A stretch of 32,000 nt of DNA from Candidatus Saccharimonadota bacterium (GCA_041661045.1 JBAZVE010000001.1:1050001-1082000), one strand, 5' to 3'; positions 10,240 to 19,163 are shown, counted from the first letter of the stretch. The notes: generated from the letters alone by a model not told the origin. Program-made: numbers and translations.

Positions 10240-11046
10240 TTATCTTGGGAATTCCTTTCCTCGTGCAGTGAGGCTCACTGTCGCAGGATCAAAGGCAAGT
10301 CCTCTTGCTCGGATTTCCTCTAGCACTGGCTGGACATCAAAGCTCCTACAGCTGAAGAGATCAAAAAAGTATCTTCCTTCTGCGTCAACATGCAGGGCAA
10401 TGTGTGATTCTGCAATGAGAAGCACGCCATCTGTCCATCCTCCTTCTTTTGTAACATAAGGGGTCGTTACCGGGGTCATCCCTATTGATGGAGGCAACCT
10501 TTTCATGAAGTCATAGAGCCAATCGAGATCTCTTTGATCTTCAGGCAAGACCCCTTCCATCATAAGGTGAGGGCCAAAGGAGTGATCGATTTCAGCGGTA
10601 TCGGTGGGTTTGGTTTTCCCGCGTTCAAAAAGATCGTGTTTCTTCGTACGGAATTGCTCAATCATTTCACCCTTTAAAAGGTTTTTTAGATCTGGTCTTT
10701 TCCCACTTCGTCTTGTGGAAGTTCCGTTAGTAGGTCTGGCTCCTCTTGCGAGGGCAAGATCTGCAAATACGCAAGCCCTTGTTGGGTCACTGAAGCTATG
10801 GACGGTCATATGGCCTCCGGGGAAGACCCCCATTCCGGAAATTCCTTTATCTTCAGGTTTCTTTCCATCGAAGTAGGGGAAAAGGTGAGGAGGGTTGACC
10901 AGTGCTATTCCTAATTGATCGGCTATGTATTGCATAGAGCTGTGGAGATCCCTTAGATCTTCCAAATCTCTACAATTGCCTTTGTAGCCATCGTACATAA
11001 CATGATCGATTTTAAGGCGTGTTGGGTCAGGTCGTTTCGTGGACAT
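10240..11046 (-). CDS. Tandem-duplicated (pseudo-dimeric) AdoMetDC/SpeD-like pyruvoyl-dependent decarboxylase proenzyme
   Basis: The C-terminal half carries the class-1 AdoMetDC self-processing signature VLLIAE|SHIALHV...FFDLFSCRSFD (E213/S214 at 10405-10410). The N-terminal half has the same fold signature but is degenerate (GISGMGVFPGGHMTVHSF...CVFADLA, with no Ser). A basic linker joins the halves. Confidence 0.7.
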   Translation of the reverse strand: MSTKRPDPTRLKIDHVMYDGYKGNCRDLEDLRDLHSSMQYIADQLGIALVNPPHLFPYFDGKKPEDKGISGMGVFPGGHMTVHSFSDPTRACVFADLALARGARPTNGTSTRRSGKRPDLKNLLKGEMIEQFRTKKHDLFERGKTKPTDTAEIDHSFGPHLMMEGVLPEDQRDLDWLYDFMKRLPPSIGMTPVTTPYVTKEGGWTDGVLLIAESHIALHVDAEGRYFFDLFSCRSFDVQPVLEEIRARGLAFDPATVSLTARGKEFPR

Positions 11047-11327
11047 TTTAAAAAGTGTTAAAGATTACAAAGATTACATTTTTTTAGGAATTTCCATGCT
11101 TAGCATGTGGAATCCTTTTTTAAGTACAGTTTGGACACTTTGAAAAATTCTTCCGTAGACATATTTTTGTTCGTTGGTCATATCTATTACTTTTGTGAGT
11201 CTTTTTCCTTGTGAATAATAAGCGTTGATAGGAAACAGTGCCATCATAGGTTCACGCTTTATTAAAGTCAAATTTTGGCTTTAATAGGCCGCTTCTTCGC
11301 GTCTTTACAGAATTAATTTTTAGTGTT

Positions 11328-11936
11328 ATGCTCGTGACTACAACTCGAAGATTTATGGGACCTTCTGACACTCCTTCATCGGCTACCTGCTTGTATGATG
11401 CTCCAGTGAGTCTTTCCCATCCTTTGCTGCGAGAGATTATTCAGCAACTTTCTGCCGAACAAGTAAGCGCTTTATTTGGGGCGTCGTCTCTTACTCAAGA
11501 CGCAATGATGGAGCACCTTTTATCTCAGGCTGAAAAATTTGGATGTGATGTCCATGAACTTAGGGTTTATCTTTCAGACGCTGGATCTGCTCAATTTGTT
11601 ACTTTCCGTGGAGAAAATGCTGAAGACCGAATACTTGATCTTTGTAGGCCAGAATTGATGAAAGAGGATCCATTAACTTTTTCTGTGCGAACTTCTTTGG
11701 CGCGTGCCTTGGAGGAAGGTTTTGAAGAACTTCATGATTTGGATGCTTTGAGAGGAGAAGGTATCCCCCCTCATTTGGGCTATATCCTGGATCAGATCAC
11801 GATTGCTGGTGGGCAGCTTACAATAGGAGGCAGAATCCGCTCTATGCTTGGGGGCAGTCCTATTCCTCTTCGCTTCACATTTCCCTTGAGAGATCACTTG
11901 GAGGTGAACGGTGGGGATGAACTCACTTTTCAATAA
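11328..11936 (+). CDS. Hypothetical protein (202 aa)
   Basis: ATG-initiated ORF divergent from the decarboxylase operon. No motif recognised. Confidence 0.5.
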   Translation: MLVTTTRRFMGPSDTPSSATCLYDAPVSLSHPLLREIIQQLSAEQVSALFGASSLTQDAMMEHLLSQAEKFGCDVHELRVYLSDAGSAQFVTFRGENAEDRILDLCRPELMKEDPLTFSVRTSLARALEEGFEELHDLDALRGEGIPPHLGYILDQITIAGGQLTIGGRIRSMLGGSPIPLRFTFPLRDHLEVNGGDELTFQ

Positions 11937-11949
11937 GTTAAATTTTTAC

Positions 11950-11977
11950 TTGCAATCCAATTTTTTTGAGGTAGAGT
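11950..11977 (+). promoter_or_regulatory. Candidate promoter of the T-box leader
   Basis: TTGCAA (11950-11955), 16-nt spacer, TAGAGT (11972-11977). Stem I starts about 15 nt downstream. Confidence 0.4.
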
Positions 11978-11989
11978 TCCTTTGAAATG

Positions 11990-12265
11990 TCTGAAGAAAA
12001 GTAAGTGGACCCACGATGTTTGTAGAGAGCTGGGGGTGGTGAAAGCCCGGCAACTCGTCCCACTGAACGCCCTTCAAATTAAGACAGCAGCCGAAGAAAG
12101 CCCTTGTGGCAAGTAGGTGTCGCCGGCAGAGTCCGTTATCAAGCTCACGATATATTTCCTAGCTAACTAGAGATGTATCGAATAAGACTTTCCAGGGTAA
12201 CCTGGAAGTGAACAGGGTGGTACCGCGGATCATAAGATTCGCCCCTGACCTTAAGGGGTGTTTTT
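11990..12265 (+). promoter_or_regulatory. T-box riboswitch leader, putative Arg (CGC) specifier, controlling argG-argH
   Basis: The T-box sequence AGGGTGGTACCGCGG lies at about 12213-12228. The F-box CCGTTA is present in agtCCGTTAtc (about 12132-12140), as is an AGAGAG element (12023-12028). The distal hairpin is GCTGGG-GGTGGTGAAAG-CCCGGC. Stem III is TTCCAGG-GTAA-CCTGGAA (12190-12207). The specifier-loop geometry is UGAAG/AAAAGUA/AGUGGAC...GUCCCACU/GAA-CGC-C/CUUCA. A terminator hairpin follows at the 3' end. Confidence 0.8.
12241..12265 (+). terminator. Intrinsic terminator of the T-box leader
   Basis: GCCCCT-gacctta-AGGGGT followed by GTTTTT. Its 5' arm can instead pair with the AGGG of the T-box sequence (antiterminator). 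It ends 26 nt before the argG ATG. Confidence 0.75.
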
Positions 12266-12290
12266 CTATCATTTAAAACTTTTTCTTCTT

Positions 12291-13559
12291 ATGGACTCTA
12301 ATACTACTTATCAAAAAGCCGCTTCTTACGAGGCTCAGATAGGGCAGGTTAAGAAATGTGTACTGCTTTACTCGGGAGGTCTGGACACTTCTGTAATGTT
12401 GAAGTGGATTAAGGATACCTATGGGTGTGAAATTATTGCTTTGACTCTTGATCTTGGTCAACAGGCCGATGATCTTGAAGAGGTGAAGGCCAAGGCGCTT
12501 CGGTTGGGGGCTTCTAAGGCTTATGTTTTAGATTGTAAGGAAGAGTTTGCCAATGACTATATCTCTAAGGCCATCAAGGCAAATGCTTCTTATCAGGGGG
12601 ATTACCATTTAAGTACACCCATCGGTAGACCTTTGATTGCTAAAAAGGCTGTCGAAATTGCACTTCAAGAGGGGGCTGATGCCATTGCTCATGGATGTAC
12701 AGGCAAAGGGAATGATCAGGTGCGTATTGAGGCAACGGTTCTTTGTTATGCTCCAAAAATGAAAATTATTGCTCCTGTTCGCGAATGGGGAATGGGCCGA
12801 GAGGAAGAAATTGAATATGCAAAAAAACATGGGATAGAAACTCCTCAAACTAAGAAAAATCTTCCTTATTCCTGGGATGACAATATGTGGGGCCTTACCG
12901 GAGAGGGTGGGGAAATTGAAAACCCAAGTCTCAAACCTAAGTTGGAGCTTATTTTGCAGGTTTGTAAGACTCAGGAAGAGGCCTCAGACCAAAAGGAAGA
13001 ATTTGAGATTGAGTTTGCTGCCGGCGTCCCGGTTGCAATCAATGGAGAGAAGAAAGCCTTGCAAGATATTATTAAGGATTGTAATGCCATGGGGGCAAAA
13101 CATGCCATTGGATATGTGATTCTTATTGAAGATCGTTTGGTTGGCTTGAAAGTTCGTGGAGTTTATGAAAACCCCGGAGCGCATATTATTGTTACCACTC
13201 ATAAGAATTTAGAGAAAATTGTTTCTACTCAAACTGAAAATGAACTCAAGGAATTCATGGACAGCAAGTGGGCTTATATGTGCTACAGTGCAAAGTGGAT
13301 GGACCCTACAATGAAGCATGTAAACAGTTTCATCGCCAGTATGAATGAAAAAGTTACGGGTAAGGTGAGATTTTCCCTTTATAAGGGTAAAATAGATGTA
13401 CTCACGGTAAATTCCCCTTATTCTCTTTTCAACGAAAATTTGGCAACTTTCAATAAAAATGTGGCTTTCAACCAAAATGCGTCTGCTGGTTTCATAGAAA
13501 TTTACTCCTTGGCGATGAAAACTCACTACCAAGTAGAACAAGAAAATCACTCCAAATAA
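12291..13559 (+). CDS. argG: Argininosuccinate synthase
   Basis: LLYSGGLDTS ATP-PPase motif, IAHGCTGKGNDQVR, PYSWDDNMWG and IEDRLVGLKVRGVYENPG. The track start GTG 12258 lies inside the terminator hairpin, so ATG 12291 (MDSNTTYQ) is preferred. Confidence 0.9.
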   Translation: MDSNTTYQKAASYEAQIGQVKKCVLLYSGGLDTSVMLKWIKDTYGCEIIALTLDLGQQADDLEEVKAKALRLGASKAYVLDCKEEFANDYISKAIKANASYQGDYHLSTPIGRPLIAKKAVEIALQEGADAIAHGCTGKGNDQVRIEATVLCYAPKMKIIAPVREWGMGREEEIEYAKKHGIETPQTKKNLPYSWDDNMWGLTGEGGEIENPSLKPKLELILQVCKTQEEASDQKEEFEIEFAAGVPVAINGEKKALQDIIKDCNAMGAKHAIGYVILIEDRLVGLKVRGVYENPGAHIIVTTHKNLEKIVSTQTENELKEFMDSKWAYMCYSAKWMDPTMKHVNSFIASMNEKVTGKVRFSLYKGKIDVLTVNSPYSLFNENLATFNKNVAFNQNASAGFIEIYSLAMKTHYQVEQENHSK

Positions 13560-13561
13560 CT

Positions 13562-14866
13562 ATGTCTAAACTTTGGCAAAAGGAAGGTGCTGTTAAACTC
13601 AACAGTGTGGTGGAACGCTATACGGTTGGGGAGGACTATCTCCTAGATAGGGTTCTTTTCCCCTACGACATTATTGGGACGCTTGCTCATGCTAAGGCTT
13701 TGGCCCAAGCGAAAGTTATTTCTTTGGAAGAGCTTTCTAGCATTCAAAAAACTCTCAAAGCTTTAGCGGAATTGGTGAAGAGCGGTGATGTGACGATTTC
13801 TATTGAAGATGAGGATTGCCATACCGTTATGGAAAACTACCTCGTCTCAGAGCTGGGAGATCTTGGTAAAAAGATTCATACGGGTCGTAGTCGAAATGAT
13901 CAATCGTTGGTAGCGCTTAGGTTGTTCATGAAAGAGAACCTCCTGGTTACACAGCAACTTGTTAAAAAACTTGCTGAGGAGATACTGGTGTATGCCAAAA
14001 AGTACCGTTCTGTGGCTATGCCTGGTTACACTCACACACAACAAGCTATGCTCACGAGTGTCGGCCACCACATGCTTTCGTTTGTAGAGAGTTTGTTGGA
14101 TGACTTTTCTTTCCTGGATAGTGTGCTTAAACATATCGATAAAAATCCACTGGGATCGGCAGCTGGTTTTGGCAGTAATGTTCCTCTAGATCGTGAGTTG
14201 ACTACAAAGGAACTTGGATTCGCGTCGACTCAAATTAACTCTATTTATTGTCAGAGTAGCCGGGGTAAATTTGAGAGCGTTTACTTGGAGGGAGTTAATC
14301 AGATCATGATGACTCTTGGACGATTGGCCGCTGATTTTCTAATGTTTACTACCAGGGAATTTTCTTTCTTTGAAGTCGCTGCGGATCTCACGACGGGATC
14401 TTCCATTATGCCCCAGAAAAAAAATCTGGATTTATTGGAAGTTTTACGCGCTAATCTTTCCGTTTGTTTCGCAAACAAAGAAATGGTGCAAGGGATTTCA
14501 AAGGGCTTGCCTTCCGGTTATAACAGAGATTATCAACTTATCAAAAAAGCCGTTATTCAAAGCACTTCCATTGTTCAGGATAGTTTGCAGCTGATTTCTG
14601 TTTTTATTGGCGGTATCAAGCCTAAATCTGATGAGATTTTAACTAAAACACAGGATGACATTTATTCCGCAGATTTAGCTACTCAGCTGAGCTTCGAAAA
14701 AGGAATACCCTTTCGTGATGCCTACCAGGAGGTTATGACGAAGTTTAAAGATGGCTTTCGAGCCCTTGGTGAAGATCCCCAAAAAGTGTTACAAGGTCGT
14801 GCTACTCTGGGTGCACCTGGTAATGATGCTTTGAGTTACTATGAAAGTTTACTGATTTCACTATGA
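13562..14866 (+). CDS. argH: Argininosuccinate lyase
   Basis: Fumarate-lyase family signature GSSIMPQKKNLD, plus HTGRSRNDQ and MPGYTHTQQA. It starts 2 nt after the argG stop. Confidence 0.9.
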   Translation: MSKLWQKEGAVKLNSVVERYTVGEDYLLDRVLFPYDIIGTLAHAKALAQAKVISLEELSSIQKTLKALAELVKSGDVTISIEDEDCHTVMENYLVSELGDLGKKIHTGRSRNDQSLVALRLFMKENLLVTQQLVKKLAEEILVYAKKYRSVAMPGYTHTQQAMLTSVGHHMLSFVESLLDDFSFLDSVLKHIDKNPLGSAAGFGSNVPLDRELTTKELGFASTQINSIYCQSSRGKFESVYLEGVNQIMMTLGRLAADFLMFTTREFSFFEVAADLTTGSSIMPQKKNLDLLEVLRANLSVCFANKEMVQGISKGLPSGYNRDYQLIKKAVIQSTSIVQDSLQLISVFIGGIKPKSDEILTKTQDDIYSADLATQLSFEKGIPFRDAYQEVMTKFKDGFRALGEDPQKVLQGRATLGAPGNDALSYYESLLISL

Positions 14867-15030
14867 CTACTTCCGACTTTTCGCAAGATTCTGAGCCTAT
14901 TTAAAAAAAGACCGTTTTGTGTCAGTGCTTATGATAGAGTCGGTGAAGTTGAGGTAGATCGGAGGATGAAGATGGTGTTATACTCTGCTATTGCAGGTTA
15001 ACGAGTCTCTATTTCATTGCTATCCCTTCT

Positions 15031-15987
15031 ATGTTTCATCTCCGCCAAGTCATTCTTACGAGTTCTCAGCGGACGATTTTGAGTGATCTGTTGGAGTCTT
15101 TTAGTTCCGAAGATGTTTACGCACAGAGCTATTCTATTTCTGGATATCTCCATCAGCGCACGGATTTTTTTCGCCTGGCGCCCCCTTTTTTAAAAGATAT
15201 ATTCTTATCCTATCTCGATGCGGGATCTTTTGCTGATGCACTTGTTATCAAGAACTGTCCACTGGATTTGGATTTGCCATCCACTCCTCTTGATGAATCT
15301 CCATCTTTTTTTAAAAGTACTTTCTTGTCGGAGCATCTACTGCTCATGGCCAGTACTTTGCTGGGTACGCCTTTTGCTATTGATGCCGAAAACGCCGGGT
15401 TTTTGATCCATAACATTTATCCTGTCAAAAAACTTTCACAAAACCAATCTTCCAAATCTTCGGGCGTTATGCTGACTCTTCATACGGAATTGTCTTGTAT
15501 GACGGATCCTCCCGATTTCCTTGTTCTTTTGGGTTTACGCACGGCCGACTATAAGGTGAATACGCCTATTTTGAAATTGGACGAGCTTCTCGACTTCTTA
15601 ACGGAGTCAGAAATTGCTCTTTTGTATGAGCCTCTTTTTATTACAGAAATAGATGAATCACTGCGTAAAGATTTAAACAGTACGGTTTTTACTGAACCTT
15701 TCCGAATTCTTTCCCTCGTGGATGGGATTCGTGTTTGGCGCTATGATGTAGAGTATACCCGAGGTATTACTCCCGAGAGTCAGGCCGTTGTTCAGAAAAT
15801 AGTAGCCGTTCACGGGCCACTTTTCCATAATGTTGTTATTGATCCGGGCGATTTGCTTGTTATTAATAATACAAGAGTTGCTCATGGGCGAGAACCGTTT
15901 GAAGCAAAATACGACGGTTCGGATCGTTGGCTTCAGAGAGTGAATATTCATTTGAGCGATACTCAAAAAACTTTTTATAAAGTATAA
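15031..15987 (+). CDS. Fe(II)/2-oxoglutarate-dependent oxygenase, clavaminate-synthase-like amino-acid hydroxylase family (VioC/AsnO-like)
   Basis: H-x-E facial-triad motif and following segment: LTLHTELSCMTDPPDFLVLLGLR (compare LHTE.AF...RPDF..LLCLR). Distal His/Arg motif: LVINNTRVAHGREPF. Tail: DRWLQRVNI. Confidence 0.8.
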   Translation: MFHLRQVILTSSQRTILSDLLESFSSEDVYAQSYSISGYLHQRTDFFRLAPPFLKDIFLSYLDAGSFADALVIKNCPLDLDLPSTPLDESPSFFKSTFLSEHLLLMASTLLGTPFAIDAENAGFLIHNIYPVKKLSQNQSSKSSGVMLTLHTELSCMTDPPDFLVLLGLRTADYKVNTPILKLDELLDFLTESEIALLYEPLFITEIDESLRKDLNSTVFTEPFRILSLVDGIRVWRYDVEYTRGITPESQAVVQKIVAVHGPLFHNVVIDPGDLLVINNTRVAHGREPFEAKYDGSDRWLQRVNIHLSDTQKTFYKV

Positions 15988-15994
15988 GATTTCT

Positions 15995-17659
15995 ATGAAT
16001 AAAGCTGGGCAACGTTATATCCTCGGTTTCTCAGATTCCTTGCATGATAGATCGGTGTGTATTTTCAGAGATGCTGTTCCCCTCATTGCTATTGAGGAAG
16101 AGAGACTTTCTCGTGTCAAACATGGACTTGCACTCTATGGAGAGTCCAGGAAAAATCCTTCGATCTTTTCCCAAATGGAGTTGGAAAAATCCTCTTCTGA
16201 AGAAAACGAAGCTCGGTTGCAACCCTCCATTGATTACTGCTTAAACGCTTTGGGCATCACTATGGATGACATTGATGTGATTGCGGGGAATTCACTGCAT
16301 TTGGCTTTTCCGTTTCATGGTAACTCCATTCATATTAATCATCATTTGGCGCATGCCTCTGCGGCTTTTTATGCTTCTGGATTTCGAGAGGCTGCTATTT
16401 TTGTGGCGGATGGTTACGGCGATCTTTGCAACAGTCAGTGCTACGAGACCTTGATGTTGGCCAAAGGTAGAGATCAATCTATTAAGAAGCTTAAGTTGGT
16501 CACGGGCCATGTGACGAGCTATTACGATATGGAAAATTCTTTAGGAGTTTTCTATCGGATAGGAACTCTTTTGTCCGGTTTTGGAATGTTTGATGAGGGG
16601 AAAATGATGGGTTTGGCGGCGTATGGCGAACCAAAATATTATGATTTTATAAAGGATTTTCTTATTTTTCAGCCGGATTGTGTTTCGATTAAAAATGGTG
16701 AGCTTTTCAATGCTTTTTCCGATGCTGTGCAAGATAGAAGTGCTTTTGAACTGAGAGCAAATATAGCCGCTTCGTTTCAACGTGTTTTTGAGGAAATTGT
16801 TTTCTTCTACATCCATCATCTTTATGAAATAGCAGAGAGTGAGAATTTGTGTATCTCTGGTGGGATTGGACTCAACTGCGTGATGAATGCCAAGGCTTTA
16901 ATGCAATCGAAATTTAAGAATGTTTTTGTTTTCCCAGGCCCTGGAGACAATGGAATTTCTTTTGGAGCAGCCTATTTTGTTGCTCATCAGCTTTTGGGCC
17001 TTCCGCGTACTGAGCCGTTGGACATTGCTTATTTTGGCAAGGCCTATACTCAGAGTCAGGAGTTGGAAGTCTTAGAGAAGTATAGCGACCAAGTAGAGTT
17101 TGAAGAGCTGAATGAAGATGAGCTCACGACTCTTGCTGCTGATTTATTGGTGAAAGACAATGTGATCATGTGGTTTCAGGAGGGATGTGAATTTGGCCCA
17201 AGAGCTTTGGGCCACCGAAGCTGTTTAGGGAACCCTATGCGTGTAGAGACGAAAGACTATATCAATGCGAAAGTGAAGTTCAGAGAGACATTCAGGCCTT
17301 TGGCGCCGATTGTTTTGGAAGAATACATGCGAGATTTTTTTGATATCAGCTGTCCATCGCCATTTATGCTTTTTTCTCCTCGTGTTAGAGAGAAGACTAA
17401 GGAAATGGCTCCTGGCATTGTTCATGTGGATGGCACTTCAAGGTTGCAGACGATCAATCGCAAACAAAATGCAAAACTGTATTCCTTGATTCATAAATTT
17501 TTTGATCAAACTCAGGTGCCTATTATCCTCAATACTTCTTTCAATGGTAAGGATGAGCCAATTGTGGAGACTCCCGAAGATGCTCTCAAGAGCTTTTTGA
17601 GTTCCCCTGTGGAACACTTATTTATTGATAATTATCACATAACCAAAAACATATCTTGA
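15995..17659 (+). CDS. NodU/CmcH-family (TobZ-like, ATP-dependent) carbamoyltransferase
   Basis: 554 aa. ILGFSDSLHDRSVCIF...AIEEERLSRVKH, HHLAHASAAFYASGF, ISGGIGLNCVMN, FGPRALGHRSCLGNP, FRPLAP, VHVDGTSRLQT and ILNTSFNGKDEPIV. It starts 7 nt after the oxygenase stop. Confidence 0.85.
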   Translation: MNKAGQRYILGFSDSLHDRSVCIFRDAVPLIAIEEERLSRVKHGLALYGESRKNPSIFSQMELEKSSSEENEARLQPSIDYCLNALGITMDDIDVIAGNSLHLAFPFHGNSIHINHHLAHASAAFYASGFREAAIFVADGYGDLCNSQCYETLMLAKGRDQSIKKLKLVTGHVTSYYDMENSLGVFYRIGTLLSGFGMFDEGKMMGLAAYGEPKYYDFIKDFLIFQPDCVSIKNGELFNAFSDAVQDRSAFELRANIAASFQRVFEEIVFFYIHHLYEIAESENLCISGGIGLNCVMNAKALMQSKFKNVFVFPGPGDNGISFGAAYFVAHQLLGLPRTEPLDIAYFGKAYTQSQELEVLEKYSDQVEFEELNEDELTTLAADLLVKDNVIMWFQEGCEFGPRALGHRSCLGNPMRVETKDYINAKVKFRETFRPLAPIVLEEYMRDFFDISCPSPFMLFSPRVREKTKEMAPGIVHVDGTSRLQTINRKQNAKLYSLIHKFFDQTQVPIILNTSFNGKDEPIVETPEDALKSFLSSPVEHLFIDNYHITKNIS

Positions 17660-17743
17660 AGCCATTGCTCTCCATGTTTTCCCTTCTCGCACCTATCAAT
17701 ATAGGTGTGTTTTTGTATGATGTTATTCAAAACTCTTTGAACC

Positions 17744-18736
17744 ATGCTTCCTGATGAAATTTCTTTCCTTGTGGATTTCTTGAATGTTCCGTCTGTAACA
17801 GGAAGCGAGCATGCGTCCGCCATGTTTTTGTTCCAGTGGATGAAACGAAACTTACCCCATGATGTTTTGGAATTGCAGAATGTTATAAACGGGAGATCAA
17901 ATATTGTATTGAGAAGAGGAAATCCTTCACTCACACTAACATCACATCTTGATACTGTGCCTGGTGGTCCTCATGTCAGAATGGCCTCCGGCAGAGTATA
18001 TGGTCGTGGATCATGTGATGCAAAGGGCCAAATTGTTGCTCAGCTTTCCGCTTTGAAGCGAATGATCAAGAGTGGTCTTAGTGAATATGCCTGTTTTTAT
18101 GTGATTGGAGAGGAAGTGGATAGTATTGGGGCGAGACATCTTATTAACCATTCGAGTATTGGTTCCGAATATCTTCTTAATGGAGAGCCAACGGGGAATA
18201 AATTCATACATGCATCAGCTGGAATTTTGGATTTTAGCCTCTCGACGACGGCAAAAAAGCAGCATACTTCTATTCCAGGCTTTCGTTCGGCTATTCATGA
18301 CTTAGTCCTCGACATACATCTATTATTGAACGGGAAATATGGTAGTTCGATAAATGTTGGTTACATTCAAGGGGGTGAAGCGCTGAATGTTAGTACGGGA
18401 ACTGCTACTGCACATATATCTGTTCGTATACAGGAGGACCCCGCTCTGATTTTGCGGAAGATAAAAAAGATATGCTTGAACGCGTCTGTAAAGATGCTGG
18501 ATCCTGCCCTGAAGCCATTTGTCTTTTATGTTCCACCTCAGTATAGGGAGAATGCTATTCGTGTACTTTTTTCTTCGGATAGTCCCTTGTACGCTAAGAA
18601 ATTTAAAAAGATTATGATGTTTGGTCCAGGGGATATTCTTATGGCTCATGCGGATAATGAATATATATCATTATCGCAGATGGATGAGGGTTTGGATATT
18701 ATTTCACAACTCTTACGGAAGTATGATGCCAATTGA
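17744..18736 (+). CDS. M20-family metallo-deacylase/peptidase (ArgE/DapE-like)
   Basis: PSVTGSEH, LTSHLDTVPGG (H.D metal ligand), GRGSCDAKGQ and VIGEEVDSIGA. At 330 aa it is shorter than typical ArgE/DapE. Confidence 0.75.
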   Translation: MLPDEISFLVDFLNVPSVTGSEHASAMFLFQWMKRNLPHDVLELQNVINGRSNIVLRRGNPSLTLTSHLDTVPGGPHVRMASGRVYGRGSCDAKGQIVAQLSALKRMIKSGLSEYACFYVIGEEVDSIGARHLINHSSIGSEYLLNGEPTGNKFIHASAGILDFSLSTTAKKQHTSIPGFRSAIHDLVLDIHLLLNGKYGSSINVGYIQGGEALNVSTGTATAHISVRIQEDPALILRKIKKICLNASVKMLDPALKPFVFYVPPQYRENAIRVLFSSDSPLYAKKFKKIMMFGPGDILMAHADNEYISLSQMDEGLDIISQLLRKYDAN

Positions 18737-19163
18737 AATTCAAATGACTGATGGAAAATCCGACTTCATGTCTGCTATTTTTGATTTGCGTCATGAGGTT
18801 TTTGTAGTTGAGCAGCATGTTCCGATTGAGCTTGAAATTGATGAATTTGATCAAGAGGCCATGCATTTTTTTGCATTACAGGGCGATCAGATAGTTGGCA
18901 CACTTCGTATTCTTGCTGAGGATGATCATGTCAAAATTGGGCGTGTAGCTGTGAAAAAGGATCATAGAAAACTTGGAATTGGACGAAAAATAATGGAGAC
19001 CGCCATGAATTATATTCAGAATAGTGGCTATACAACTATAGTTCTGGGTGCTCAACTGGAGGTCGTGCCATTCTATCAAAAGCTTGGTTTTGTTGAGGAG
19101 GGTGAGATTTTTGATGATGCGGGTATTGATCACATTATGATGGTGAAAAGAGTGAATCATTGA
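18723..19163 (+). CDS. GNAT-family N-acetyltransferase (ElaA/YjcF-like)
   Basis: RHEVFVVEQHVP...DEFD, VGTLRI, the acetyl-CoA motif IGRVAVKKDHRKLGIGRKIM, and FYQKLGFVEEGEIFDDAGIDHIMM. ATG 18723 overlaps the M20 stop by 14 nt. ATG 18744 is an alternative start. The track start at 18621 is unlikely. Confidence 0.75.
   Translation: MMPIEIQMTDGKSDFMSAIFDLRHEVFVVEQHVPIELEIDEFDQEAMHFFALQGDQIVGTLRILAEDDHVKIGRVAVKKDHRKLGIGRKIMETAMNYIQNSGYTTIVLGAQLEVVPFYQKLGFVEEGEIFDDAGIDHIMMVKRVNH

Noticed and set aside
11074-11271. 65-aa minus-strand ORF upstream of the decarboxylase gene
   Set aside because: It has a TTG start, no motif and no convincing ribosome-binding site. It could be a small leader protein of the operon, but I cannot support calling it.
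14867-15030. Possible terminator or promoter between argH and the oxygenase gene
   Set aside because: I found no stable hairpin with a U-tract. There is a TGtTATACT extended -10-like element (14976-14984) but no -35. The evidence is too weak to decide whether the cassette is co-transcribed with argGH.
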